Below, one piece after another: positions 1 to 9,534 of a DNA stretch of 64,000 bases. Source of the stretch: Thermodesulfovibrionia bacterium (lineage in GTDB: Bacteria; Nitrospirota; Thermodesulfovibrionia; UBA6902); contig CALZJD010000001.1 of the NCBI GenBank assembly GCA_945787795.1, forward strand, positions 5,776 through 69,775, read 5' to 3'. The position numbers and the translations under genes were made by a program. Positions within the stretch are counted from its first letter, which is position 1; every line of letters begins with the position of its first letter. The notes under the pieces were generated by a model, which worked only from the letters and a program-made list of their open reading frames with translations, had not been told where the DNA came from and did no database searches.

Positions 1-328
1 CGTAGTCAAATGCAGGATATTGATGGAGGGTTAACTCCGGCTCTACCGTGACATGGTAGCCGCCTGCAACAATTTTTGCACTCCTTACGATTTTTTTTGC
101 CTGTAATGCCAGAGAACCTGCCTGGTCTATACTTGGAGATAGGGCCGTAAAACCAATGATATCGGGTCGTGACTCAATAAGGAGTTCTTCCCATCTTTCA
201 TGCTGCGTGGGGACCTGAAGGTCAAGTATGTTGACTTCATGACCCTGAGCATCCACATAAGCAGCCACATAGCCGAGACTGAGCGGCGGGTAAGATCCCA
301 TAATCGGCTGGACTAATGTAATCCTCAT
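1..328 (-). CDS. B12-binding-domain radical SAM protein, N-terminal fragment (gene runs off the left edge)
   Basis: I translated the minus strand from the ATG at 328-326. The ORF is absent from the track because it is open at the window edge. Translation: MRITLVQPIMGSYPPLSLGYVAAYVDAQGHEVNILDLQVPTQHERWEELLIESRPDIIGFTALSPSIDQAGSLALQAKKIVRSAKIVAGGYHVTVEPE. The pattern LGYxAA..GHEV..D, PDxxGFT and GGxH matches the cobalamin-binding N-domain of class B radical SAM enzymes. The CxxxCxxC core would lie outside the window. Confidence 0.55.
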   Translation of the reverse strand, partial: MRITLVQPIMGSYPPLSLGYVAAYVDAQGHEVNILDLQVPTQHERWEELLIESRPDIIGFTALSPSIDQAGSLALQAKKIVRSAKIVAGGYHVTVEPELTLHQYPAFDY

Positions 329-398
329 ATTTTATTCTTAAAAAAGTATCTTATGGTGTTTCAAGGCAGGATCAGAGAATAAAGACACTGCATTGTCG

Positions 399-1385
399 TT
401 ACACATCTTCCAATAATTTTTTCAGATCATCTTTAGATTTAATAATTTCAGGAGGTTTAAAAACCGATTTAAGTGTATTATTAAATACATCAAGGATATA
501 AAAAGGAACGAAAGTCGCTATTTTCATAAAATATGTTTTCAATTGGAACCTTATAGAATAAGACCTCTTGAATATCTTTCTCGCATCTTTCATATGTCCC
601 CCTCTCAAATAAAAATATCCTAAGGAGTAAAGTCGGTGCGACAAGATATTCTTGAGCAGATCTTCAAGCTCTGAATTCCCTTCCGCCATTTTCAAATGTT
701 TCTCGATGACTCCATTAGAACGTTTTATAGTAGTTTCAACTTTCTTACTTCTTCCCTGAGACTGCTCCCGGTACAGTGAAAGCACCTCATCCAGAAAAAC
801 AATTTTATATTTCATCGCAATCCTTAACCACATGTCATGGTCTTCAATAAGTTCAAGAGACTCATCAAATAACCCTACATCATCAAAACATTTCTTTCTT
901 GCAATTACAGACTGATTCGGAATCATATTCCTCTTTAATAATTCTTTATAAATCCAACCCTCCGATCGTTTCCTTCTATACTTTTCAGGAAGTACCCAGA
1001 TCCCGTCATCATCAAACTTCCTTGCATCGGTGTAAACCAATCCCACTTCAGACGATTGTGTTTTAAAATAGGCAATCTGTTTCTCAAGTTTTTGAGGAAG
1101 CCACAAATCATCAGCGTCAATAAAAGCAATGTATTCTCCGGCAGCAGCCCTTATTCCAACGTTTCTCGCACTCCCGGGACCGCTGTTTTCCTTTAGAATG
1201 AGCCTTATTTTTTCAGGGTGCTTACCGCAATACTGCTTTATTATAGAAACAGTTTGGTCCGTGGAGCCATCATCAACTACAATTACCTCAAAATCAGAAT
1301 ATGTCTGTGTTAAAACTGAATCCAGTGTTTTGTCTATAAATTTACAGACATTATATGTTGGAATGATTACACTAACTTCAATCAT
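399..1385 (-). CDS. Glycosyltransferase family 2 (GT-A fold)
   Basis: 328-aa ORF with the motifs VSVIIPTYNVCKFIDKTLDSVLTQTY, FEVIVVDDGSTD and IAFIDADD (DxD). It shares an ATGA start/stop overlap with the upstream gene at 1382-1385. Confidence 0.9.
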   Translation of the reverse strand: MIEVSVIIPTYNVCKFIDKTLDSVLTQTYSDFEVIVVDDGSTDQTVSIIKQYCGKHPEKIRLILKENSGPGSARNVGIRAAAGEYIAFIDADDLWLPQKLEKQIAYFKTQSSEVGLVYTDARKFDDDGIWVLPEKYRRKRSEGWIYKELLKRNMIPNQSVIARKKCFDDVGLFDESLELIEDHDMWLRIAMKYKIVFLDEVLSLYREQSQGRSKKVETTIKRSNGVIEKHLKMAEGNSELEDLLKNILSHRLYSLGYFYLRGGHMKDARKIFKRSYSIRFQLKTYFMKIATFVPFYILDVFNNTLKSVFKPPEIIKSKDDLKKLLEDV

Positions 1386-2596
1386 TGACTGCCTCTTATT
1401 GCATTTTCACGATCCAGGATTTTACGGATATTCCTGGCCTTTCTGGCTTTAGAAAGATCAATTTTCCACTGGATAATTGCCTGGGGAGTGATTAACCTGT
1501 AAATAGTTCTCAACTTTTCAATAACCACAGGCCTGTAAAGGAATACCAGGGTTTTCAGGCTCGTGGTACCGGTTGCAACAGAAGCGCTGTTTTTGATTTC
1601 AACTCCCCAGCTATTCTTATGGTAAGTTACACCTCCGAGGAAGTCATATTCTTCACATTTATTGTTAATACAATACTGTAATATATATGTCCTAAGAATA
1701 TTTCCTACACCTTTCTTTTCCCAGTCTTTGTCATAGCCTTCCTGCAGGATAAACAATTTTTTATTATAGAGAAACCCATATTCATGGGCCCTGTAAACAT
1801 TGTCAACCTTCAGTGAAAAAATTAGTAGCCAGTTGTTTTCAATAAAGTGGTTGGATAATATCCGGTAAAAATCTCTCCGTTCCGGACAACTGAAGGTGCC
1901 CAGTCTCCCTTCTGCCTGCCATCTTTGCTGATGTGACTCCATTAAAGATTTTAAAACCGAGGGCATATCTTCTTTTTGAGAACAAACTTCAAACTCAACT
2001 TTATGATTTTCATTAAGCCTGCGGGGAAGAGATCGCAATTTTGTCCTCATTCTCGGTTTTAGGCTCGTGATATAGTCATCGAATATATCAGGCAGCTTAA
2101 TAAACGAACATCCATGAGAAGTTTCCTGTGATAACCATTTTCGTTCTCTGATTAGCTTTCTCATTACCGGAAGATATGGAGACACATCAGGGACTTCATA
2201 ATAGAAGAATATATCCCAATCCTTCCTTCTCTCATTGAGAATTTGTACCAGACCGATGCAAATATCTTCTTCCAAACCCTTCTCAGATATTATGTCCAGG
2301 TACTCGGACTCCTTAATGTTCATCTTGAGTCCCCAGAAATAAATGGCTTTATACTTAAATATATGGCCTAACTTGAGAACATTCAAAACTAATGGAGCTA
2401 TGCCGACCAGTTTTTCACGCCTGTCGCGAAAAACTATGATATACGGATCTTCAGTTGTCCTGTATGCCTGCCACCAAGCATCCAGCCACTCCCATGTCAG
2501 AAATACAGAATTGCTCTCACTTCTACTCAAAAGTGAATTCCACTCATCTCTCAGATTCAGGAACCCTTGATATTCTTTTATGATTTCATGTTTCAA
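1382..2596 (-). CDS. FemAB/CelD-like GNAT-fold transferase (PEP-CTERM-locus type)
   Basis: 404-aa ORF. The N-terminal region WNSLLSRSESNSVFLTWEWLDAWWQAY is typical of FemAB-related/CelD (BioF2-like acetyltransferase domain) proteins, which are marker genes of XrtA-type EPS loci. Confidence 0.7.
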   Translation of the reverse strand: MKHEIIKEYQGFLNLRDEWNSLLSRSESNSVFLTWEWLDAWWQAYRTTEDPYIIVFRDRREKLVGIAPLVLNVLKLGHIFKYKAIYFWGLKMNIKESEYLDIISEKGLEEDICIGLVQILNERRKDWDIFFYYEVPDVSPYLPVMRKLIRERKWLSQETSHGCSFIKLPDIFDDYITSLKPRMRTKLRSLPRRLNENHKVEFEVCSQKEDMPSVLKSLMESHQQRWQAEGRLGTFSCPERRDFYRILSNHFIENNWLLIFSLKVDNVYRAHEYGFLYNKKLFILQEGYDKDWEKKGVGNILRTYILQYCINNKCEEYDFLGGVTYHKNSWGVEIKNSASVATGTTSLKTLVFLYRPVVIEKLRTIYRLITPQAIIQWKIDLSKARKARNIRKILDRENAIRGSQ

Positions 2597-2616
2597 ATTA
2601 AAGTTGACCTTATACC

Positions 2617-3564
2617 TTAATGGGGTTTAATTCTTAATTTCCCCTTCATATTCCCACAGATTGCTCCGGTAATTTGAACGATGGTATACAGTGGTGCAAC
2701 AACACGCAACTTTGTCTCTTTACCGATGATGAGTTTTATCAAGCGAAAGAAAAATCCAGCCAAATGAATAATGGAATCCCTTAATTTGCGGATAATATAC
2801 CATTTATATCGCGGTTTAATTTCAGGCAACATTCGGGAACGCCTATACCCGTCATAAGCGTATTTAATATGGACAGTAAAGAATTCTTTTATACTCCCTC
2901 TTGCCACATGATAAATGAGCGCTTCTTTCTGATAAACCGTTTTATAGCCCGACTCTTTCTCCATTCGCACATGAAATTCAGCGTCAGCTCCAGAAGTAAA
3001 TTGATTGTCATCATACCCTCCCGCATCAACAAATGCCTTGCGAAGAAATACATTATTCCCGCCGCCCCATGGCACATAAGGATTAACTCCAATATGACGT
3101 TCGATACTGCCAAATGTGTCTTTTGAGGCGTAATATCTCTGTGCAAGAGTGTTACCCTGCTCAACCATCGTCTTTCCGACAACACACCCGATATTATTCG
3201 ATGTAAAACCTGTCATAAGGTTCTTCAACCACTGAGGGGTAGCAAAACAGTCAGCATCTATATTTGCAACAAAATCGGTTTTGACAAATCTTATTGCAGC
3301 ATTTCTTGCTGCCGGCCATCCCTTTTTACCTTCAAAAAGATAATAAATATTACTATTTTTTTTTACATACTCTTTAATAATTTCAGCAGTTCTGTCTTTA
3401 GCATTATTATCTACTACAATGATTTCATAGTCCGGATAATCAAGTGACAACAGATCATTAAGACATCTCTCAATTGTTTTCTCGGAGTTGTATGCAGCTA
3501 CTACAACTGAAACCTTTGGAATGAAGGTATCAGCCTTTTCGTCTGTCCTGATTTTCAAATTCAC
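2617..3564 (-). CDS. Glycosyltransferase family 2
   Basis: 315-aa ORF with KVSVVVAAYNSEKTIERCLNDLLSLDYPDYEIIVVDNNAKD and NIDADC (DxD-like). Confidence 0.9.
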   Translation of the reverse strand: MNLKIRTDEKADTFIPKVSVVVAAYNSEKTIERCLNDLLSLDYPDYEIIVVDNNAKDRTAEIIKEYVKKNSNIYYLFEGKKGWPAARNAAIRFVKTDFVANIDADCFATPQWLKNLMTGFTSNNIGCVVGKTMVEQGNTLAQRYYASKDTFGSIERHIGVNPYVPWGGGNNVFLRKAFVDAGGYDDNQFTSGADAEFHVRMEKESGYKTVYQKEALIYHVARGSIKEFFTVHIKYAYDGYRRSRMLPEIKPRYKWYIIRKLRDSIIHLAGFFFRLIKLIIGKETKLRVVAPLYTIVQITGAICGNMKGKLRIKPH

Positions 3565-3651
3565 TCCTGAACGATAAGGTTATTAAATAAAGGTGATCTT
3601 TCTTGTTTGAAAAATAATTGTCCTGCAAAATAAATCCTCAGAGAGACTTTG

Positions 3652-6234
3652 TTATTTTTTCACCAGGTAAACCTTCCCTTTTGTACCATCAACAGTGATT
3701 TGTTTCCCATCACTTATTGTCCTCGTTGCCGACTTAGTACCGATTACTGCCGGAATTCCATATTCTCTTGCAATGTTAGCCCCATGAGATAGGACTCCTC
3801 CATGATCAGTAACCAAGCCACCCGCTATAGTAAATAAAGGTGTCCAGAAAGGCCTTGTTGTCGGGCATACAAGGATTTCTCCTTTTTTGAGTCTTTCAAA
3901 TTGTTCCGGAGAGTATATTAACCGTGCTGTACCTGTAACAACTCCTCTGCTCCCGGCCAGGCCTGTAATAGAGCTTTTGTTCTCTGAATCTTTTCTTTCA
4001 TATTCTCTATGAGAGAAACTGATTATGCCAGGAGGAATCAGTCTCTTTTGTTTTTCAAATTCTTTCCTTCTTTCATTAACCGAATAAAAGAAATGTCCGT
4101 TGTCTCCATCTATCATCTCAGGGATTCTTTGAACCTCATAGAAACTAAATAAAAATATATCCTCTGCCTTAAGCAGCTTGCCCAGATCAACTAAACGCTT
4201 CCCGAGAAATAAGAGTGATTTCTTTATGAACCACGTTCCTGTGTAGAGATAGTGGTTGGAATCCTCTTTGAGTGGATAATACTTTTGGGCCAAACCTAAT
4301 ATTTCTGAAAATATTTTCTGCCTGACAGGAAATAATCTATCGATAACAGAAGAGGAGAGTTTATTTTTTATCGATTGAGCAATTTTCTCTCTTTCTATAA
4401 TCTTCTGGTTGTACTTTAATTCCATGTTACAATCATCAGGGCACTGAATATATTCTTTAATAATTGCTATCATTACAGAAGGGTCTTCTTCACAACCCGG
4501 ATCTTTGGGATTTGACCGGGCCCAGAGATAAGAGAAATCCTTTTTTAAGATGTTATTCATATGGATCAGAAACTTCTTCCCTTCCTCACTCTTTCTCAAT
4601 CTGGCATTTATGTCTTTAATAATGTTATGAGAAAATATTGATAATAGTTTTGCATCTCTTCTTACCATATTGGCCAACTCGGAAAGAATGCGATCTTTTT
4701 CTATACTTTTATTCTCAAAACCTTGAAACAGTATTGTATAATCCGTCTCCTGAGAAGGAATAAAGTATTCACATAACTTAACAAGTAATCCAGGGTAAAA
4801 ATTACAATAGAAATCATAAGGAACAGATTCTTTATGAAATTCAACATTTAAAAATACAATTTGGCTTACAGAGTCAACTAAAACCTCCACTGAATTGTTA
4901 TCATTCAAGGAATTGAAGATATCTGTCATATCCCCAAAATAATCACGGAGGATCCTTTGCTGCCATTCTCGATAGATCCTCCTGCCCATATAGAATTGAT
5001 ATATTTTGGACCATATTATTGTTAACCATCTCAGAGGGGGTGGGGAATATATCCACTCTTTATTTACATAGATATAGCCATTAATAATGCGATGATGGAA
5101 TAAAAACCTTTTTTTTGTTATCTTTACAAGTGCATTGCGATACATATCTTTCTTTAAATAATCGAAACTTCTGCCAAATGGAGAGAAAGGAGCATGACCA
5201 TAGGCCAGACTCCAATCCCTTTTTTTGTCTTCATCGTTCTCCCAGGTGAAAGGAAAATAGTCAGGCAGCGAAGTTATAGGACGTACCTGTAATATAAAAA
5301 ACTTACCGCTTTTAAAAGCCCATTCAATATCCTGAGGTCCTCCGTAAAATTGCATTATCAGAATGCTGAGTTTACAAAGCTCTGCAACTTTATCATCTTC
5401 AAGTGACTGTAATTTCTGTTTACTTACAGGCACGTCTGTTTCAGATATACCATGTCTATTATCGTCAGCAGGTACAATCATTGTCTTTTTCTCTGCAATT
5501 TGCTTTTCTTTTAACTCAAGGTTCTCTTCATTAATTACAAACCGGTCAGGAGTTACTATGCCGGATGCAACCGATTCACCAAGACCCCAACTGGAATTGA
5601 TAACTATCTCAAACGGATTGCCTGAAATAGGATTAGCTGTAAAAAGTACCCCTGCGACGTCAGCATTAATCATCTGTTGTATTACGACTGACATGAATCC
5701 GTCCAAGTAATTTAGACGATGGTTAGCCATATAGACCAAATTGTTTTCCGTCCAAAGAGAAGCCCAGCACATTTTTATTTTATGATTGATATTAGCTAAT
5801 CCAGAAACATTCAAGTACGTATCATACAGACCGGCAAAACTGGCATCCGAAAGGTCCTCCATGGTTGCGGAAGATCTCACGGAAACAGATACATTATTAA
5901 CATTAAGTCGATCACACAACTTCTGATATGCATCCTCGACTTCCTGAAGTATTTCATCCGGGATTTCTGCTGTTAAGAATTGTTCTCTGATTTGTGCAGT
6001 ATTCGCTTTGACATGTTTAAGATTATTAAAGTCTGTCTTTGACATTATATCGATCATTTTATGACGTATTCCTGTATTATTTACATAACATTTATATGCT
6101 TCTGTCGTTATACAATAAAAATCCGGGACAGGTATACCTTTAGACAGAAGCTCACCAAGATTGGCTCCTTTTGTACCGATAACATCTCTGTCTTTACTGG
6201 TAATTTCATCCAGCCATTTTATGAACTTTGACAT
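3652..6234 (-). CDS. PEP synthase/PPDK-like ATP-grasp plus C-terminal swivel-His phosphotransferase (RPH/Cj1418-like architecture, no PEP/pyruvate TIM barrel)
   Basis: 860-aa ORF. The N-terminus DRDVIGTKGANLGELLSKGIPVPDFYCITTEAY is the PPDK_N ATP-grasp signature. The extreme C-terminus GEILVCPTTRPFWTPLFTIAGGLVTDHGGVLSHGANIAREYGIPAVIG is the PEP-utilising mobile domain with its phospho-His. About 400 aa of unassigned sequence lie between them, and nothing follows the His domain. Confidence 0.8.
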   Translation of the reverse strand: MSKFIKWLDEITSKDRDVIGTKGANLGELLSKGIPVPDFYCITTEAYKCYVNNTGIRHKMIDIMSKTDFNNLKHVKANTAQIREQFLTAEIPDEILQEVEDAYQKLCDRLNVNNVSVSVRSSATMEDLSDASFAGLYDTYLNVSGLANINHKIKMCWASLWTENNLVYMANHRLNYLDGFMSVVIQQMINADVAGVLFTANPISGNPFEIVINSSWGLGESVASGIVTPDRFVINEENLELKEKQIAEKKTMIVPADDNRHGISETDVPVSKQKLQSLEDDKVAELCKLSILIMQFYGGPQDIEWAFKSGKFFILQVRPITSLPDYFPFTWENDEDKKRDWSLAYGHAPFSPFGRSFDYLKKDMYRNALVKITKKRFLFHHRIINGYIYVNKEWIYSPPPLRWLTIIWSKIYQFYMGRRIYREWQQRILRDYFGDMTDIFNSLNDNNSVEVLVDSVSQIVFLNVEFHKESVPYDFYCNFYPGLLVKLCEYFIPSQETDYTILFQGFENKSIEKDRILSELANMVRRDAKLLSIFSHNIIKDINARLRKSEEGKKFLIHMNNILKKDFSYLWARSNPKDPGCEEDPSVMIAIIKEYIQCPDDCNMELKYNQKIIEREKIAQSIKNKLSSSVIDRLFPVRQKIFSEILGLAQKYYPLKEDSNHYLYTGTWFIKKSLLFLGKRLVDLGKLLKAEDIFLFSFYEVQRIPEMIDGDNGHFFYSVNERRKEFEKQKRLIPPGIISFSHREYERKDSENKSSITGLAGSRGVVTGTARLIYSPEQFERLKKGEILVCPTTRPFWTPLFTIAGGLVTDHGGVLSHGANIAREYGIPAVIGTKSATRTISDGKQITVDGTKGKVYLVKK

Positions 6235-6326
6235 TAGTTATATCCTGATGACTTTCAGATCTTTACTACGAATAATGAAGTATATAAAGAGACATGAACT
6301 AAATTGAAAGAAATCTATAATTATTA

Positions 6327-6477
6327 GAACCTATCTCAAAATTAAAGATGTTGTTCCTGTCATACCCGCAGGTCGTAAGCGGGTATCCAGAAAGCCTTGA
6401 AAAGCCAGGATTCCCCGATCAGGTCGGAGAATGACATTGGATGTTTTTATCATAAAAGCATATTTTGAGATAGGTTC
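6327..6477. repeat. Nested inverted-repeat (MITE/REP-like) element in the asnB to ppsA-like spacer
   Basis: A perfect 16-bp inverted repeat, GAACCTATCTCAAAAT (6327-6342) and ATTTTGAGATAGGTTC (6462-6477), flanks a GC-richer core. The core has termini TGTCAT (6358-6363) and GAATGACA (6429-6436) and an inner hairpin ATACCCGC-N9-GCGGGTAT. Confidence 0.7.
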
Positions 6478-6572
6478 CTGTTATTCATTCATCTTTATAG
6501 TCTTCTATAATATTGATGTCTCCTAATTAATCATTAAGACTTTTAAGGCTAATGACACTTTTTATATTACTT

Positions 6573-8441
6573 TTAATTTATATATTTTAAATGCCAGAGT
6601 TCCAGACATATCAACGCCCAGATTTGATCACTGAAATCATACCGGCTGCTGCTGTGCTCCTTCAAAAGGTTTTCAATATAGGACATATTAAAATATTCCC
6701 TCTCCCTGGCAGCCGATGACAGCAAGATATCTGCAGTAAACTCCTTCAATTGACCCCTGAACCAGATATGCTTTGGGATGGCAAACCCCCTCTTTTCGCG
6801 GTCAATTATATTCTGTGGTATTACCCCCCTGATCATTTCTTTAAGGATGTGCTTGGTGCGGCCGTATGGCATCTTGTAGCGATCAGGAATGGTTCCGGCA
6901 AATTCCACTATGCGGTAATCGAGAAAAGGTGCCCTTGTTTCTAAAGAAACAGCCATACTCGCACGGTCAACCTTTGTCAGGATCGTATCTGTCAAATACA
7001 TCTTCATATCTGTATACTGTCTTCTACTGATATCCGATGCCTTGTCAAATTCATTAAAATAATCTCTCAGCCATTCCAACGGCATATCATGGTTATTCAT
7101 CTTCTGTTTGATATTTTTTGAATAAAGTAATGCCTTCTTTTCAGCATTAAAATAATTGATTTTACTGGAATAATAATCAAATGCGTCTCCTGAGGCGGAC
7201 TTCAACAGCTTTGCGCCTTTCAGGCCCGATGGTACATATGCTGATAGTTTGTTAATTACCTTTAATCTCAATGCCTCTGGGACAGACTGTATCGCTTTTG
7301 CGAGCGGAGGATCTAAGTATCTTTTATATCCTGCAAAGAGCTCGTCTCCACCGTCACCGGACAGTGCTACTGTTACCTTGGAACGAGCCAGCTTTGAAAC
7401 ATAATAAGTCGGGATTGCAGATGAATCCGCAAAAGGCTCGTCTAAAAACCATACCAGTTCAGGGAGCAGCTGTGTCATTTCAGGATTTACAATCATCTCG
7501 TAATGGTTTGTTCCCAGGAGATCAGCAACCTCTCTGGCATAAGGGAGCTCGCTGTAATTTTCTTCTTCAAAACCGATAGTGAATGTCTTAATGTCTTTGA
7601 CTCCGATCTGCGCCATTGCCGCTACTACGATACTGGAATCAACCCCCCCGCTCAAAAAAGCCCCGAGCGGCACATCGCTGATCATTCGTTTTTTCACTGA
7701 ATCGAGAAACAGCTCTCTCAATGTATCTATATAGTAACTTTCTCCCTTATCTTCAGAAGCATTGCCAAATTCCAGACACCAATATGGTGAAACATCAATT
7801 GAATTATTCTTATAAACGAGACTATGCCCGGCAGGCAATTTATTAACACCTTCAAAAAAGGCCAGGTCTCCGGGTACACAGCCAAATGATAAATAATAGT
7901 CCATTGCCTTCAGGTTGATTTCTCTTTTAAAGTTCGGAACAGAGAGCATGGATTTCAACTCGGAAGCAATAATCAATCTCTTTCCGTCAAAGGCATAATA
8001 AAGAGGTTTTTTGCCCAACCTGTCCCGTGCCAATACCAGTAGTTCTTCAGTATCGTCCCAGATGGCGACAGCAAACATGCCGTTTAAGCGCTTGAAACAA
8101 TCAACCCCCTCGTCTTCGTATAAATGAACGATTACTTCCGTGTCACTGTGAGTGTAAAATTCGTGTCCCTTATTAATCAGTTCTGCCCTCAGTTCAGGAA
8201 AATTATAAATTTCACCATTAAATACCAGCCATATGGTTTTATCCTCGTTATGGATCGGTTGATGCCCTGTTACCAGGTCAATTATGCTTAACCTGCGCAT
8301 TCCCAGTCCAATCCGCTCAGAGATATAATATCCTGCATCATCGGGACCCCGATGAACAATTGCTTCACACATTGAATGTATTACAGATTCTGAAACACGT
8401 TCATTTCTATTACAATGCAATATTCCTGCAATACCACACAT
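6573..8441 (-). CDS. asnB: Asparagine synthase-family glutamine amidotransferase (paralog 1)
   Basis: 622-aa ORF. It has an MCGIAGIL N-terminal Cys nucleophile (Ntn class II GATase), an RGPDD motif and an LSGGVDSS PP-loop. Confidence 0.9.
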   Translation of the reverse strand: MCGIAGILHCNRNERVSESVIHSMCEAIVHRGPDDAGYYISERIGLGMRRLSIIDLVTGHQPIHNEDKTIWLVFNGEIYNFPELRAELINKGHEFYTHSDTEVIVHLYEDEGVDCFKRLNGMFAVAIWDDTEELLVLARDRLGKKPLYYAFDGKRLIIASELKSMLSVPNFKREINLKAMDYYLSFGCVPGDLAFFEGVNKLPAGHSLVYKNNSIDVSPYWCLEFGNASEDKGESYYIDTLRELFLDSVKKRMISDVPLGAFLSGGVDSSIVVAAMAQIGVKDIKTFTIGFEEENYSELPYAREVADLLGTNHYEMIVNPEMTQLLPELVWFLDEPFADSSAIPTYYVSKLARSKVTVALSGDGGDELFAGYKRYLDPPLAKAIQSVPEALRLKVINKLSAYVPSGLKGAKLLKSASGDAFDYYSSKINYFNAEKKALLYSKNIKQKMNNHDMPLEWLRDYFNEFDKASDISRRQYTDMKMYLTDTILTKVDRASMAVSLETRAPFLDYRIVEFAGTIPDRYKMPYGRTKHILKEMIRGVIPQNIIDREKRGFAIPKHIWFRGQLKEFTADILLSSAAREREYFNMSYIENLLKEHSSSRYDFSDQIWALICLELWHLKYIN

Positions 8442-8442
8442 G

Positions 8443-9480
8443 CTAATTCTTTCTATCTCTTGCGATCAGGCCAGCCGCCAGGAGTACAATAAGGGTTAAG
8501 TTAAAAATCAGCATACCAATTTTTATTAAGAAAGCAGGTATCTCCTGTTTAAAATAAAAAGCCGGGGTCTTTTGATCCACCCAGTTCAGATAATAGTTCT
8601 TTGTTTCTTCACCGGTTGTATGAACGTGGTCACCGTTTGTCAAAAAATCATTACGAAAAATCACCTGAAAATGGGTAAAATATTCTTTTAATTCTGCCTC
8701 CGGCAAAAAACGTTTTTCATTAAATGAATCCAGGGGATATAACTTTCCTTCTTTTACGACCTTCACATCTTCTGTCTTACCATTAACATAAGCCCGATGT
8801 ACTTCCAGAGTTGTTGCAGGTTTATTTTTATATAAATAATAAATATTAACGGTAGGGTCGAACAGTATCCATTTCTTCAGTTCATTCAACCATACTTCTA
8901 TCACATAATGTCCCAGATAGCCTTTGCTTTGACTCGATGTCGACTGCAAGTGGATAAGTCTGGCATTTCTTCCCAAACTCAGGCTCGCCGTCATCATAGC
9001 TTTTGATATGGAACCGCACCAGAACTTTCCGCCCTTCAGGACATCCTTTGTCAGGTCCAGATAACTATCATACCTCCCCCTGGATGCTGTAAACTTAGCA
9101 GATGCATACTGAGTTTTTTCGTAAATCCGATTCGTTAACCTGAGCGCAAGGTCAAAATCATTTTTATAACCTTTCACTGCATCATAAACCTGTTCTCTGA
9201 TCGACTCCAATCCCTCTGCGCCAGGGCTTTCAAATATAAAGGGGGCGGGTAATGTTGTCTCATCGACATGCCACTTTTTCGGGCAATCGAGGCAGTCTCC
9301 ATTTTCATAATGAACCGGCCAATAAAGATCTCCTTCTTTCTCTGTATCCATTTTAACATCCCTTCCTAAAGGAGCATTTGCAACCTTGTATGCCAAAAAG
9401 ATTTCAGCGACCATTAACATGACAAGCACCACAGCACTCGATATCCGGTATTGTTTAATGGCAATAAATATTTTTTTCAT
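8443..9480 (-). CDS. Membrane-anchored transglutaminase-like (Cys-His-Asp) protein
   Basis: 345-aa ORF with an N-terminal TM segment (ISSAVVLVMLMVAEIFLAY) and a C-terminal TM segment (LIKIGMLIFNLTLIVLLAAGLI). The core GKFWCGSISKAM...GRNARLIHL...GHYVIEVWLNELKKWILFDPT matches the transglutaminase-core C / H / D spacing. A 1-nt gap separates it from asnB downstream. Confidence 0.65.
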   Translation of the reverse strand: MKKIFIAIKQYRISSAVVLVMLMVAEIFLAYKVANAPLGRDVKMDTEKEGDLYWPVHYENGDCLDCPKKWHVDETTLPAPFIFESPGAEGLESIREQVYDAVKGYKNDFDLALRLTNRIYEKTQYASAKFTASRGRYDSYLDLTKDVLKGGKFWCGSISKAMMTASLSLGRNARLIHLQSTSSQSKGYLGHYVIEVWLNELKKWILFDPTVNIYYLYKNKPATTLEVHRAYVNGKTEDVKVVKEGKLYPLDSFNEKRFLPEAELKEYFTHFQVIFRNDFLTNGDHVHTTGEETKNYYLNWVDQKTPAFYFKQEIPAFLIKIGMLIFNLTLIVLLAAGLIARDRKN

Positions 9481-9534
9481 TAAAATATTTTATACTTGCT
9501 CTGTGGAAAACTACCAGCAGTTCATCATTAATCG

